64,000 bases of DNA from positions 1 through 64,000 of IMG/VR virus record IMGVR_UViG_3300032307_000516; one strand, 5' to 3'. Under the pieces are notes generated by a model. It searched no databases. It saw only the letters and a list, made by a program, of their open reading frames with translations, and was not told where the DNA came from. Below, piece by piece: positions 1 through 9,158 of the stretch. Both the position numbers and the translations under genes were made by a program. Position 1 is the stretch's first letter, and every line of letters begins with the position of its first letter. Source of the DNA: a virus.

Positions 1-3000
1 GGATCGTCAGGAACTAGTGGATCGTCAGGAACTAGTGGATCGTCAGGAACTAGTGGAACGTCAGGTACTAGTGGAACTAGTGGTTCAAGTGGAAGTTCTG
101 GATCTAGCGGTTCTTCTGGAACAAGAGGAACTTCCGGATCTAGTGGATCTTCAGGAACTTCCGGAGCTAGCGGATCGTCAGGAACTAGTGGATCGTCAGG
201 AACTAGTGGATCGTCAGGAACTAGTGGAACTTCCGGAGCTAGTGGATCGTCAGGAACTAGTGGAACATCAGGATCTAGTGGAACATCAGGATCTAGTGGA
301 ACATCAGGATCCTCAGGTTCTTCTGGTTCTTCTGGTTCTTCTGGATCATCTGGTTCTTCTGGATCTAGCGGAACATCTGGATCTTCAGGAACTAGTGGAA
401 CTTCAGGATCTTCTGGATCTAGTGGTTCTTCAGGAACTAGGGGAACTTCAGGAACTTCCGGATCTAGTGGAACTAGTGGTTCAAGCGGAACTTCAGGAGC
501 AGCAGGAGCTAGTGGATCCTCAGGAACTAGTGGAACATCAGGAGCTCCTGGACCAGGAGGAACAATAGCTTATTGTGGATCTTTTTACGATACAGCTATA
601 CAGACAAACGCTGGAGCTACAGCGACTAATTATTTTAGATACAATACTACAGATTTCGCATTAGGTGTTTCTATCCAAAACAGTAGCGAAATTACTATTG
701 ATAACGCTGGTACATATAACATACAATTTTCTGCACAGATTGATAAATCTGACTCAGGAAGTGACGTAATTGAAATATGGTTATCAAAAAATGGGTCAAA
801 TGTACCAGACTCATCAACAACTTTGGAAGTTGTCGGAAACAGCACAGAACTAGTAGCTGCTTGGAACTGGTTAGTAGAAGCTGAGGATGGTGATTATTAT
901 GAGATAGCTTGGCACTCGAATGACTTAAACGTTTTTATTCTTGCAAGAGGTACACAAACAAATCCAACAAGACCTGCTATACCTTCGGTAATTCTTACTG
1001 TATCACAGGTAACTTACACCCAGATTGGACCTACTGGAGGATCTGGAACTAGCGGAACTAGCGGTACCTCAGGATCTAGCGGTACCTCAGGATCTAGCGG
1101 ATCATCGGGATCTAGCGGATCATCGGGATCTAGCGGAAGTTCGGGAACAGGAGGAACATCTGGATCTTCTGGAACATCAGGATCTAGTGGTTCTTCTGGA
1201 ACATCTGGAACATCTGGATCTAGTGGAACATCTGGCTTAAGTGTTTCTGCAAGTTTTATGAGAGGATCTCGTTCAACTCAACAGACCACGGGATTAACTA
1301 CTAATAGCTTAGTTGTCTTTACACAAACTGATGTTTCAACGGGATCAGATATCTCATTAAATACTAGCACCGGACAGATTACACTTGCTGCTAATAAAAC
1401 TTATAGAATCTTAGGACAAGTTCCCAACGTGACTATATCAGGGGCTTCTGTTAGACCATCTTTCTGTTGGTATAATGAAACTACCGCTGCATATGTCGGA
1501 AGTGCTGCTTCTTATTACCAGCCATCAGATGCTGCCGGATTTGCTGCCGGGGGAGGTCTTTCAGACTTGGTTCTAACTACCACACAGACCACAGTAATTT
1601 CATACCGAATTTTAAGTACTAATAGCTCATTAACCGGTCTTGGTGGTAATGGTGACTTTGGATTAACTGGTTCTTATCCTTGGTTTGATATAGAGGTTAT
1701 ATCAGGGCATTCTCCTTTGTTAAGTGGAACATCTGGATCTTCAGGATCATCAGGTTCTTCAGGAACTAGTGGTTCTTCAGGTTCTAGTGGAACATCTGGC
1801 TCTTCAGGAACTAGTGGTTCTTCAGGTTCTAGTGGATCTTCGGGGACTAGAGGAACTTCAGGAACTTCGGGTTCTAGTGGAACATCTGGCTCTTCAGGAA
1901 CTAGTGGTTCTTCAGGATCTTCAGGATCTTCAGGAACTAGCGGTTCTTCAGGATCTTCCGGAACTAGTGGAACATCTGGCTCTTCGGGGACTAGAGGAAC
2001 TTCAGGAACTTCGGGTTCTAGTGGAACATCTGGCTCTTCAGGAACTAGTGGTTCTTCAGGTTCTTCAGGATCTTCAGGAACTAGTGGAACATCTGGCTCT
2101 TCAGGAACTAGCGGAACTTCAGGATCTTCCGGAACTAGTGGAACATCTGGCTCTTCGGGAACTAGCGGAACTTCAGGATCTTCAGGATCTAGTGGGTCTT
2201 CAGGATCTAGTGGAACATCAGGAACAACCCCAATAGGAGTTCTGAATTATCAGCAGACTCAAGGAACACAAGTAACAATCAATGCGGGTGCAACTGGTAC
2301 AGTAGTTAGCGCTCCTGCTATTACAACTACAGGCAAGGCAGTACAAATTTTAGTCACAGGAGATGCTAATCCAAATTCAGCAGCAGGGGGTTGGTGTAGA
2401 CTTCAATTATTCAGGGACTCTACTGCAATAGGAAAAATTGTACAGCCTGAGTCAAGTGCACAAAACGAAAATGTCCCTTATGCTTTAAACGTTATAGACG
2501 CACCTACAGCTGGGACATATACATATTCACTAAGGGCAACAACTGTAAGCGGAAGTAATTTTCAGTTCGGAGAATCAGATGGACCGGTGATAAATGTTAT
2601 AGAGCTAGCAGGTTCAGGATCTTCAGGAACATCCGGATCTTCAGGAACCTCAGGATCTAGTGGATCTTCAGGGTCGTCAGGAACTAGTGGAACATCTGGA
2701 TTTACGGTATTAAATAATACAGATAACAACGTTCTAACAGCAACTGGTGTTTCTGGCCAAGCCAACGGGGAATCTACCTTAACGTATGATGGAGTAACCC
2801 TTAAAATGCTTGCTCAATCGGGTGATGAAGGTGGCGAAATTTTCTTAAACAAACCGGTTACAAATAGTTCAATCAACACTGGTGTTACAATTGACATCTA
2901 TCAAAATAGACTTAGATTCTTCGAATCAGGAGGTTCTGCTAGAGGTGCTTATATTGACTTGACAACACAAGCCGCGGGAGTTGCTACGAACCTTTCACCA

Positions 3001-3426
3001 AATGCTTGGCTTTATGTAACAAGAAACACGAATCAAACTATAGGTTCAGGAAACTGGGGTAGCAGGGATATTATTTTTAATAATCAAGTTTATTCAAATA
3101 ATATAACATATAACACATCAACAGGAATAGCCACTCTAACAGCAGGGACTTATAGGATCACAGCAAGATTAGCTTGGAGTGCTGGAGCAACTTATCTAAT
3201 ACAATACTCATTGTTTGATAGCTCAAATAATCAATTGGGTCCAACTGTTGAACAGATACAGCCAACTTCAGGTAGTAATAACGTTAGTTCTGGTGATTTT
3301 GACATGATATATGATACAGCCTCTACGATAGACGTTAAAATTAGAACATTAAGTACTACCAATGCTTTATCCGGTGAGTTCATTAGAGGAGATCTGAATA
3401 CACAGTTCATTATTCAGAAGCTTTGA
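1..3426 (+). CDS. Gly-Ser/Thr triplet-repeat (collagen-like) fibre protein with C1q/BclA-like globular domains, 5'-truncated
   Basis: Frame 1 is open from base 1 (GSSGTS...) into the listed 823..3426 ORF. (G-S/T-S)n tracts alternate with beta-rich domains (GSFYDT..Q, AGTYNIQFSAQ). Confidence 0.75.
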   Translation, partial: GSSGTSGSSGTSGSSGTSGTSGTSGTSGSSGSSGSSGSSGTRGTSGSSGSSGTSGASGSSGTSGSSGTSGSSGTSGTSGASGSSGTSGTSGSSGTSGSSGTSGSSGSSGSSGSSGSSGSSGSSGTSGSSGTSGTSGSSGSSGSSGTRGTSGTSGSSGTSGSSGTSGAAGASGSSGTSGTSGAPGPGGTIAYCGSFYDTAIQTNAGATATNYFRYNTTDFALGVSIQNSSEITIDNAGTYNIQFSAQIDKSDSGSDVIEIWLSKNGSNVPDSSTTLEVVGNSTELVAAWNWLVEAEDGDYYEIAWHSNDLNVFILARGTQTNPTRPAIPSVILTVSQVTYTQIGPTGGSGTSGTSGTSGSSGTSGSSGSSGSSGSSGSSGSSGTGGTSGSSGTSGSSGSSGTSGTSGSSGTSGLSVSASFMRGSRSTQQTTGLTTNSLVVFTQTDVSTGSDISLNTSTGQITLAANKTYRILGQVPNVTISGASVRPSFCWYNETTAAYVGSAASYYQPSDAAGFAAGGGLSDLVLTTTQTTVISYRILSTNSSLTGLGGNGDFGLTGSYPWFDIEVISGHSPLLSGTSGSSGSSGSSGTSGSSGSSGTSGSSGTSGSSGSSGSSGTRGTSGTSGSSGTSGSSGTSGSSGSSGSSGTSGSSGSSGTSGTSGSSGTRGTSGTSGSSGTSGSSGTSGSSGSSGSSGTSGTSGSSGTSGTSGSSGTSGTSGSSGTSGTSGSSGSSGSSGSSGTSGTTPIGVLNYQQTQGTQVTINAGATGTVVSAPAITTTGKAVQILVTGDANPNSAAGGWCRLQLFRDSTAIGKIVQPESSAQNENVPYALNVIDAPTAGTYTYSLRATTVSGSNFQFGESDGPVINVIELAGSGSSGTSGSSGTSGSSGSSGSSGTSGTSGFTVLNNTDNNVLTATGVSGQANGESTLTYDGVTLKMLAQSGDEGGEIFLNKPVTNSSINTGVTIDIYQNRLRFFESGGSARGAYIDLTTQAAGVATNLSPNAWLYVTRNTNQTIGSGNWGSRDIIFNNQVYSNNITYNTSTGIATLTAGTYRITARLAWSAGATYLIQYSLFDSSNNQLGPTVEQIQPTSGSNNVSSGDFDMIYDTASTIDVKIRTLSTTNALSGEFIRGDLNTQFIIQKL

Positions 3427-3447
3427 TAATATTAGGATATATAAGTT

Positions 3448-3702
3448 ATGAATCATATCCAATTATTCGAGAATTTTATACCAGGAGGTAAAAAAGAATT
3501 TACTGATTCCGAAATTCAATATTATCAGAAATTATGGGATTGGCTTCACGATAAGTACAGATACAATAAATTCTTCTCCAGTCTTTGGGATAAAGTAAAG
3601 ACAAAAAAATCCCTAACTAGCAAACAATGGATTGAATTAGAATTTCTACTTAAAAACGGAAAATCTAGATACGAAGCTGGTATTCTACCTAATAATTATT
3701 AA
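3448..3702 (+). CDS. Hypothetical protein with capsid-targeting-like N-terminus (putative internal head protein)
   Basis: ORF starting MNHIQLFENF, with GATATATA motif at 3436. Confidence 0.55.
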   Translation: MNHIQLFENFIPGGKKEFTDSEIQYYQKLWDWLHDKYRYNKFFSSLWDKVKTKKSLTSKQWIELEFLLKNGKSRYEAGILPNNY

Positions 3703-3760
3703 TTTTACGAAACAAAACCTTAGTTTAATCTATAAAAAACAAAGGTTATTGTAATTCGAG

Positions 3761-4387
3761 ATGGTAAGAAAAAGAAATTGGGGTGTATCGAATGTTTTTT
3801 CTGAAGCACATAGAAGATGTCTTCCTGGAAATTTTTGTTTGTGGGATGTAGACGGTTTTATGTTAGACGGAACAGGAGAACCCTGTGCTATTTATGAAGG
3901 CAAATTCAAAATGGCAAGTGTAGATAGAGGTAACTTTATAGAATCTTTTTATCACTCGAATAATCTCCAGGCATCATTTCTAAGAAAGATGTCGCAAGTA
4001 ATACCAGTTTGGATATGCGAGGAATCAACCAATACCTGGTGGTATCTTCACAATACAATTCTAGTTAAAGGAGAAAATCCTGAAATGGATCTTTACAAGA
4101 CGGAAAATCGTATTTATGTTGAAGATATACTAAGACCCGGATTTTCTATGAATAATCCTTCTGGTATATTTGTAAGAACAGAAGGCGAAAAACCTTGTGA
4201 TCTTGTTGGAATTGCTGAAAGATTATCATATCTTTTAAATGTACCGACAGTTCTAGTTAATGATATTTTCGAGGAAGGACACGTACACTTTAAAAACCAA
4301 GACAAGGATATTCAATTAAAATCCGAAGTGCTAGAATCTTTTGAAGGCGATTGGTTGAATGACTGGAAAAATCTAGAAATTGTCTAA
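3761..4387 (+). CDS. Hypothetical protein, possible PD-(D/E)XK nuclease fold
   Basis: 208-aa ORF; the DVD...YEGK spacing is suggestive only. Confidence 0.45.
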   Translation: MVRKRNWGVSNVFSEAHRRCLPGNFCLWDVDGFMLDGTGEPCAIYEGKFKMASVDRGNFIESFYHSNNLQASFLRKMSQVIPVWICEESTNTWWYLHNTILVKGENPEMDLYKTENRIYVEDILRPGFSMNNPSGIFVRTEGEKPCDLVGIAERLSYLLNVPTVLVNDIFEEGHVHFKNQDKDIQLKSEVLESFEGDWLNDWKNLEIV

Positions 4388-4460
4388 GAAAATCCAAGAA
4401 TAAACCATTTATTCTGAAACTATACTCCCGCCTTTTAGATATGATAATAAAAGAATTTAT

Positions 4461-4814
4461 ATGCCTAAAAGTAGAGTAAGAAAGAAAAAAGGTAAACCGG
4501 TTAAGTATACTCCGAAGCCTCAGGGGATATCAAAAACTAAAATGAAACAGTTGATGGAGTTGATTGCAAAACAACAAGAATTGATGCAAGCACAGTCAAC
4601 AGAAACACCAGAACTTCGTGAAGGTGAAGGTGAACTTATTATTGGATCAGAATTTACAAAAAAATTAAATGTAAATCCTTCAACAGAGATTTTAGAAGGA
4701 CCTGGATTATCTGATATTAAAGAAGAGGTAAAAGAGAGTGAGAGAAAATCTGAAGAAATCTTAGAGGTTGCTCCAGATGCAGAAGAAGGACCAGTATCTG
4801 GAGAAGTAGAATAA
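4461..4814 (+). CDS. Hypothetical protein (basic N-terminus, acidic C-terminus)
   Basis: ORF with A-rich leader. Confidence 0.55.
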   Translation: MPKSRVRKKKGKPVKYTPKPQGISKTKMKQLMELIAKQQELMQAQSTETPELREGEGELIIGSEFTKKLNVNPSTEILEGPGLSDIKEEVKESERKSEEILEVAPDAEEGPVSGEVE

Positions 4815-4880
4815 TTCTACAACTCAGATCTTTACTGATCTTTAAAATGGTTATATACCATATCAAATAATCAAAGACTA

Positions 4881-5198
4881 ATGGATTCTATCAATGACGA
4901 AAAACTAAACGAAGCAATAAACGGTGGTAAAACAACACTGGTTTGGTTCTCAGCAGAATGGTGCGGACCATGCAAACTTCTAAGACCTCCTATGGAGAAG
5001 ATTTCTAAAGAACTTTCAGAGAGTTACAATTTCGTAAAAGCTGATGTTGGATCAGCATCAGAAACAACAAAAAGATTTGGTATTAGAAATATTCCAACGT
5101 GCGTTCTAACTAGAGACGGCGAAGAGATCGGAAGATTCTCTGGAGTAAAAAACGAAGAGCAAATAAAAAATTTTTTAGAGGAACATCGTTCTATTTGA
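4881..5198 (+). CDS. trxA: Thioredoxin
   Basis: WCGPC active site, IPT cis-Pro motif, 105 aa. Confidence 0.95.
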   Translation: MDSINDEKLNEAINGGKTTLVWFSAEWCGPCKLLRPPMEKISKELSESYNFVKADVGSASETTKRFGIRNIPTCVLTRDGEEIGRFSGVKNEEQIKNFLEEHRSI

Positions 5199-5207
5199 AA
5201 CTTTTAT

Positions 5208-5246
5208 TATATTTGCAGATAAATAATAAAAACACGTTCTTTAACA
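5208..5246 (+). promoter_or_regulatory. Bacteroidota-type -7 promoter element plus boxA-like antitermination site
   Basis: TATATTTG at 5208-5215; CGTTCTTTAACA at 5235-5246. Confidence 0.65.
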
Positions 5247-5483
5247 TACTTATTTTCTTGAAGCGGTTTAGAAGGTTACTTCACAACATGATAAACGCAG
5301 AAGGATTAGTTCTCCGGTTCTAATCTACACAGGTCTCAGTACTGCTATAGGTGAGGCGCTTCTATATTCTAAAGGATATAGGAGAAAAATCAGTAGCTCG
5401 GTTTAATTCACCTGACTAGAAATTCGGGAATGATTACCTCCCATAAGGAGGAACCACCTTTTAAAGATTTCTCAAGAAAGTAT
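5246..5483 (+). ncRNA. Y-RNA-like element 1 (long form)
   Basis: TTTCTTGA-AGCGG-TTTAGAAGGT-TACTTC ... ACCTTTTAAA-GATTTC-TCAAGAAAG. Terminal and inner stems pair; lies upstream of the TROVE gene. Confidence 0.7.
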
Positions 5484-5495
5484 TATTAATAAAAT

Positions 5496-5569
5496 AAACT
5501 CCGAAGCGGGAACAAGGATTACATCATTAAGGAAAAGAAAAACATCCTCGTTTATTATTCTCGGTTTTT
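5496..5569 (+). ncRNA. Y-RNA-like element 2 (short form)
   Basis: CCGA-AGCGG-GAACAAGGAT-TACATC ... ATCCTCGTTT-ATTATTC-TCGG. Confidence 0.65.
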
Positions 5570-5576
5570 AAATTAT

Positions 5577-5652
5577 TATTCTGAAGCGGGATAAAGAGTT
5601 ACTTCATATAACTTTGCACGAAAAAACGCTCTTTATCAAAATACTCAGGATA
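5577..5652 (+). ncRNA. Y-RNA-like element 3 (short form)
   Basis: TATTCTGA-AGCGG-GATAAAGAGT-TACTTC ... GCTCTTTATC-AAAATAC-TCAGGATA. Confidence 0.7.
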
Positions 5653-5659
5653 TAACTTT

Positions 5660-5696
5660 AAGGGGTTTGAACTACGGTTTAAACCCCTTTTTTATT
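5660..5696 (+). terminator. Intrinsic terminator between the Y-like array and the TROVE gene
   Basis: AAGGGGTTTGAAC-TACG-GTTTAAACCCCTT followed by a T-run. Confidence 0.8.
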
Positions 5697-5720
5697 GCGT
5701 AAAAATTAAAAATAAAATAT

Positions 5721-7367
5721 ATGTCAAGACTAGGCGAATTTGCTGACAAAAAAACAGCAATGCAAATTTTACAAAACTCCACTTACGGAGCACTAGGAGT
5801 AGAGAACTTCATGGGAGGGATATCTTACAGCTTATCACCTCTAAACACATTAAAGATTGTTGCTGCTTCTTCAATCTTTGGAGAACCACAATATTATAGA
5901 GATGGATTAGGTGCTCCTAGTAACCTTAGCACTATCTTGGACTATTCTATATTAGCTCCGATGTTCAAAGCAGAATCTGGAGCTTTAAAAGATAATCTGA
6001 GTGCTGTAGATATCTTCGAAGAAGCCATACAGGCAGCTTTAGACTTCGACTTTAAAGCAACATTGGATTTAGCTTTAGAACTCCGTAACGAGTACTATAT
6101 GCGTCTAAATCCAGCTGTAATATTTGTTAAAGCAAGTATGCACGAAGGTCGTCAGGAGTTCAACGAGAAAAATCCTGGGTACATGAAGATGATAGGTAAA
6201 GCTATTGCTCTTAGACCTGATGATTTAACAAATCAGTTCGAATACTATATGTATAAGAACGGAGGTAAAAAAGGTCTTTCATCTTTGGTGAAAAGAACTT
6301 GGGCAGAAAGACTTGCAGAATTCTCGCGTTACCAATTGAACAAATACAAGGGTAAAAGATTAATCGACCTTGTTCGTATCTCTCACGCTAAAAGTGAAGA
6401 TATTAATGAGCTAATGACAACTGGTACATTAAAAGTAGAAGAGTCAGAAAAAACATGGGAGATCTTAAGATCAGAAAAAAAATCATGGGAAGAGATTGTA
6501 AACACTATCTCAATCCCACATATGGCTCTTTTGAGAAACCTTAGAGGTATTTTTACTGAAGTCGAAGATCCTACACTTACTGCAAGAATTTTAACTCAGT
6601 TAAAAGGCGGTGTTATAAAAGGAAAACAATTCCCTTTTAGATATTGGTCAGCTTATAAAGCTGTATCCAATTCACAGATCCACCACAAACAACTTGTTTT
6701 GGATACTCTTGAAGAATGTTTAGACATCTCTGTAGAGAATATGCCTAAATTAAAAGGTAAAACGGTTTGTCTTTCTGATAACTCAGGATCTGCATGGGGT
6801 GCTTTCAATAGCGAATATGGATCAGTTACTGTAGCAGAGATTGCTAACTTGTCTTCATTAATTACATCACTACAATCTGATTCAGGAGAAGTTGGTGTAT
6901 TTGGGGATGATCTTTCATTGAAAGGAGTATCTAAAAGAAATGGCCTTCTTACACAATTAGAAGAAACTTCTAAAAGAGGTAGAGCTCAAGGAGGTGGTAC
7001 AGAAAATGGAATTTGGGTATTCTTTGATGAAGCCATCAAAAATAAAGTCCATTACGACAACATCTTTATCTATTCAGATATGCAAGCAGGTCACGGTAAT
7101 CTTTATGGACACGGACACACAGTAGGTAAAACTAAATTTGTCCACCCAAGAAAAGGCGGAACATACGTAGACGTACTTGCTATGGCTCAGGAATACAGAG
7201 ATAAAGTTAATCCTAAGGTTAATTTATTTACAGTTCAAGTAGGAGGTTACAACAACAGTGTTCTTCCTGAGGCTCTTTACAGAGGAGCAATATTAGCTGG
7301 TTGGACTGGTAAAGAACCTGTATTTGCTAAAGCAATTATAGACATTTGGGATTCAGTAGAAGCCTAA
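5721..7367 (+). CDS. rsr: TROVE-domain Ro60-like RNA-binding protein with C-terminal vWA domain
   Basis: Motifs ALLRNLR, QFPFRYWSAY, MIDAS-like DNSGS and IFIYSDMQ; 548 aa. Confidence 0.92.
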   Translation: MSRLGEFADKKTAMQILQNSTYGALGVENFMGGISYSLSPLNTLKIVAASSIFGEPQYYRDGLGAPSNLSTILDYSILAPMFKAESGALKDNLSAVDIFEEAIQAALDFDFKATLDLALELRNEYYMRLNPAVIFVKASMHEGRQEFNEKNPGYMKMIGKAIALRPDDLTNQFEYYMYKNGGKKGLSSLVKRTWAERLAEFSRYQLNKYKGKRLIDLVRISHAKSEDINELMTTGTLKVEESEKTWEILRSEKKSWEEIVNTISIPHMALLRNLRGIFTEVEDPTLTARILTQLKGGVIKGKQFPFRYWSAYKAVSNSQIHHKQLVLDTLEECLDISVENMPKLKGKTVCLSDNSGSAWGAFNSEYGSVTVAEIANLSSLITSLQSDSGEVGVFGDDLSLKGVSKRNGLLTQLEETSKRGRAQGGGTENGIWVFFDEAIKNKVHYDNIFIYSDMQAGHGNLYGHGHTVGKTKFVHPRKGGTYVDVLAMAQEYRDKVNPKVNLFTVQVGGYNNSVLPEALYRGAILAGWTGKEPVFAKAIIDIWDSVEA

Positions 7368-7383
7368 ATAAAACCATTATTTT

Positions 7384-7412
7384 AAATCCCTAGCATTGCT
7401 AGGGATTTTTTT
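7384..7412 (+). terminator. Intrinsic terminator
   Basis: AAATCCCTAGC-ATT-GCTAGGGATTT plus T-run. Confidence 0.85.
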
Positions 7413-7449
7413 GTGGGTTTCTACTAAGATATTGGATAAATATACTTGT

Positions 7450-7728
7450 ATGAAAAATTTAAAGACATTTGAGAATCATAGTTTCGAAGTTTACGATTCA
7501 GGTTCTAATATATTAAAAGGATACGGAGAAGAATTCCCATTTTCAAATTTATCCGTGGGAGACAAATTAGTTTATATGGGAACTCCATGTGAGGTTTACG
7601 AAGTATCTGATACTATTATTACATTACAGAATCTAAACCAAAATACAAAAAGATTTACTGTGAATCAAAACATGTTTAATAAAGGCGGATTTATCTCTAA
7701 AAAAGATACTCCAGCTAAACTCAAATAA
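7450..7728 (+). CDS. Hypothetical protein with capsid-targeting-like N-terminus
   Basis: ATG at 7450 (MKNLKTFENH) preferred; the TTG at 7396 lies inside the terminator. Confidence 0.6.
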   Translation: MKNLKTFENHSFEVYDSGSNILKGYGEEFPFSNLSVGDKLVYMGTPCEVYEVSDTIITLQNLNQNTKRFTVNQNMFNKGGFISKKDTPAKLK

Positions 7729-7737
7729 AAATAAAAA

Positions 7738-7884
7738 ATGGCTAAAACTAAAACTATCGATTCTAGCAAGTATTACAAGCATAGTACTAAGAAAAAAAGA
7801 CCTGGAATTCATTCCAAGTGTAAAAGTAGTGTAAGTAAGAATTCTAAGAACTATAAGAAAGCTTACGTTGGTCAGGGTAAATAA
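7738..7884 (+). CDS. Small Lys-rich protein ending in YxGQG (48 aa; not in ORF track)
   Basis: MAKTKTIDSSKYYKHSTKKKRPGIHSKCKSSVSKNSKNYKKAYVGQGK, A-rich leader. Confidence 0.65.
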   Translation: MAKTKTIDSSKYYKHSTKKKRPGIHSKCKSSVSKNSKNYKKAYVGQGK

Positions 7885-7909
7885 TAAGGATATATAAAAT
7901 AAAAAAAAG

Positions 7910-8260
7910 ATGAAACATCTAAGAATTTACGAACAATATGCAGAGGAAGTTATGCCAACGGAAGACACTGCAACTGATGTTCATTTCGAAACTGAAACTA
8001 CTGACTTTAAACCTACTGACGGAAATAGCGAAGGTAACTATATTGTTACTTTTCAAAATGCAGAAGGTGAAGATACAACAATAGAAATTGCTGGCGCTTC
8101 TGAGCCAGAATATGTTGGAAGTTCAATGGTAAGCAATATCGAGATGATCGAAGATTCAAGCTCTGACGGAAAAAAATATTCAATCGTTGGATATTACGAT
8201 GAAGTGCCTGGTCAAGACGGTGAATATGAGCTTAAAAAAGTACTAGTAGAAGAAATATAA
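7910..8260 (+). CDS. Acidic hypothetical protein with capsid-targeting-like N-terminus
   Basis: Starts MKHLRIYEQY; GATATATA at 7889. Confidence 0.6.
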   Translation: MKHLRIYEQYAEEVMPTEDTATDVHFETETTDFKPTDGNSEGNYIVTFQNAEGEDTTIEIAGASEPEYVGSSMVSNIEMIEDSSSDGKKYSIVGYYDEVPGQDGEYELKKVLVEEI

Positions 8261-8262
8261 TC

Positions 8263-8544
8263 ATGTCAATCAGAGTCTATTCAGGATACGATGAATTTAA
8301 GTTCGAGGAAGAAGAAATCTGCGAATATTTAGAATCCGATTTCTCAGATTCAAACGATGATGATGAATCAGATGATGTATTTTTTTATACTGAATCTAAA
8401 ATAGATTTTAGAGACGATGCTGATTTTTATATAATCTGTGATACAGAGGACGAGGAGACAGCAGAGGATATAGCTTCTTATTTAGGTAAGGCTAAAAAAA
8501 TAAATTTAGAAGATTTTAGGAAATCATTTTTTTATATAAGATAA
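8263..8544 (+). CDS. Acidic hypothetical protein
   Basis: 93-aa ORF directly after the upstream gene. Confidence 0.55.
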   Translation: MSIRVYSGYDEFKFEEEEICEYLESDFSDSNDDDESDDVFFYTESKIDFRDDADFYIICDTEDEETAEDIASYLGKAKKINLEDFRKSFFYIR

Positions 8545-8594
8545 AATATCTATATTTGTGAAACAAAACAACAAATAAGATATATAAAGTTTAA

Positions 8595-8654
8595 ATGAAA
8601 ACAATACTTAACATATTACCTTCAATATTAAGACCGTCGATAAGACGATCCTAA
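8595..8654 (+). CDS. Attenuator leader peptide 1 (MKTILNILPSILRPSIRRS)
   Basis: Rich in ATA, TTA, AGA, CCN and TCN codons; the stop codon overlaps the antiterminator strand. Confidence 0.8.
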   Translation: MKTILNILPSILRPSIRRS

Positions 8655-8732
8655 AGGTCCTGTGTTAATAAAAAATAATCATTAACTAAACCGGGACCTT
8701 TAAAAGTCTCGGTTTTTTTATGTTCTTTGACA
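8652..8732 (+). promoter_or_regulatory. Attenuator 1: antiterminator/terminator switch plus boxA
   Basis: TAAAGGTCCTG (8652-62) pairs with CGGGACCTTTA (8692-8702), competing with terminator AAACCGGGAC/GTCTCGGTTT plus T-run; TGTTCTTTGACA at 8721. Confidence 0.8.
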
Positions 8733-8749
8733 TGTTGGATTATCAAATT

Positions 8750-8836
8750 GGAGAGGTGGCAGAGCCTGGTTTATTGCACCGGTCTTGAAAACCGACGTAG
8801 TGAAAGCTACCGGGGGTTCGAATCCCTCCCTCTCCG
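8750..8836 (+). tRNA. tRNA-Ser(TGA)
   Basis: Cloverleaf, loop CTTGAAA, long variable arm. Confidence 0.95.
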
Positions 8837-8841
8837 CATTT

Positions 8842-8915
8842 GGTCCGCTAGCTCAGCTGGATAGAGCAACTGCCTTCTAAGCAGTAGGTCTCAGGTTCGA
8901 ATCCTGAGCGGATCA
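8842..8915 (+). tRNA. tRNA-Arg(TCT)
   Basis: Cloverleaf, loop CTTCTAA. Confidence 0.95.
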
Positions 8916-9082
8916 CACAAATCCCTCTGCCTAGCGCTGGGTATGGATCGAAGATAGAATATGCCTCTACACCGTAGACAGGTAGGATACCTCGGTATTC
9001 TTTAATGATATGCACACTTATTCTCCAAATCGTTGGTTGGCACAGTTTGTATGTTCTGGTGATACTTAAAGACATACAATTT

Positions 9083-9155
9083 CGGGATGTAGATCAGTTG
9101 GTAGATCGCCTGGTTTGGGACCAGGAGGCCCCAGGTTCGAGTCCTGGTATCCCGA
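9083..9155 (+). tRNA. tRNA-Pro(TGG)
   Basis: Cloverleaf, loop TTTGGGA, C1:G72. Confidence 0.95.
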
Positions 9156-9158
9156 CTA

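Noticed and set aside
17-2236. ORFs 17..568, 1025..1240 and 1724..2236 (LVDRQE/LQEL repeats), and likewise 52046..52474 and 52216..52539
   Set aside because: Alternate-frame shadows of the Gly-Ser-Thr repeat coding sequence.
5246-5652. Repeated GAAGCGG...TACTTC units as a CRISPR array
   Set aside because: The units are not identical direct repeats with regular spacers; they are variable-length covarying hairpins, and no cas genes are present.
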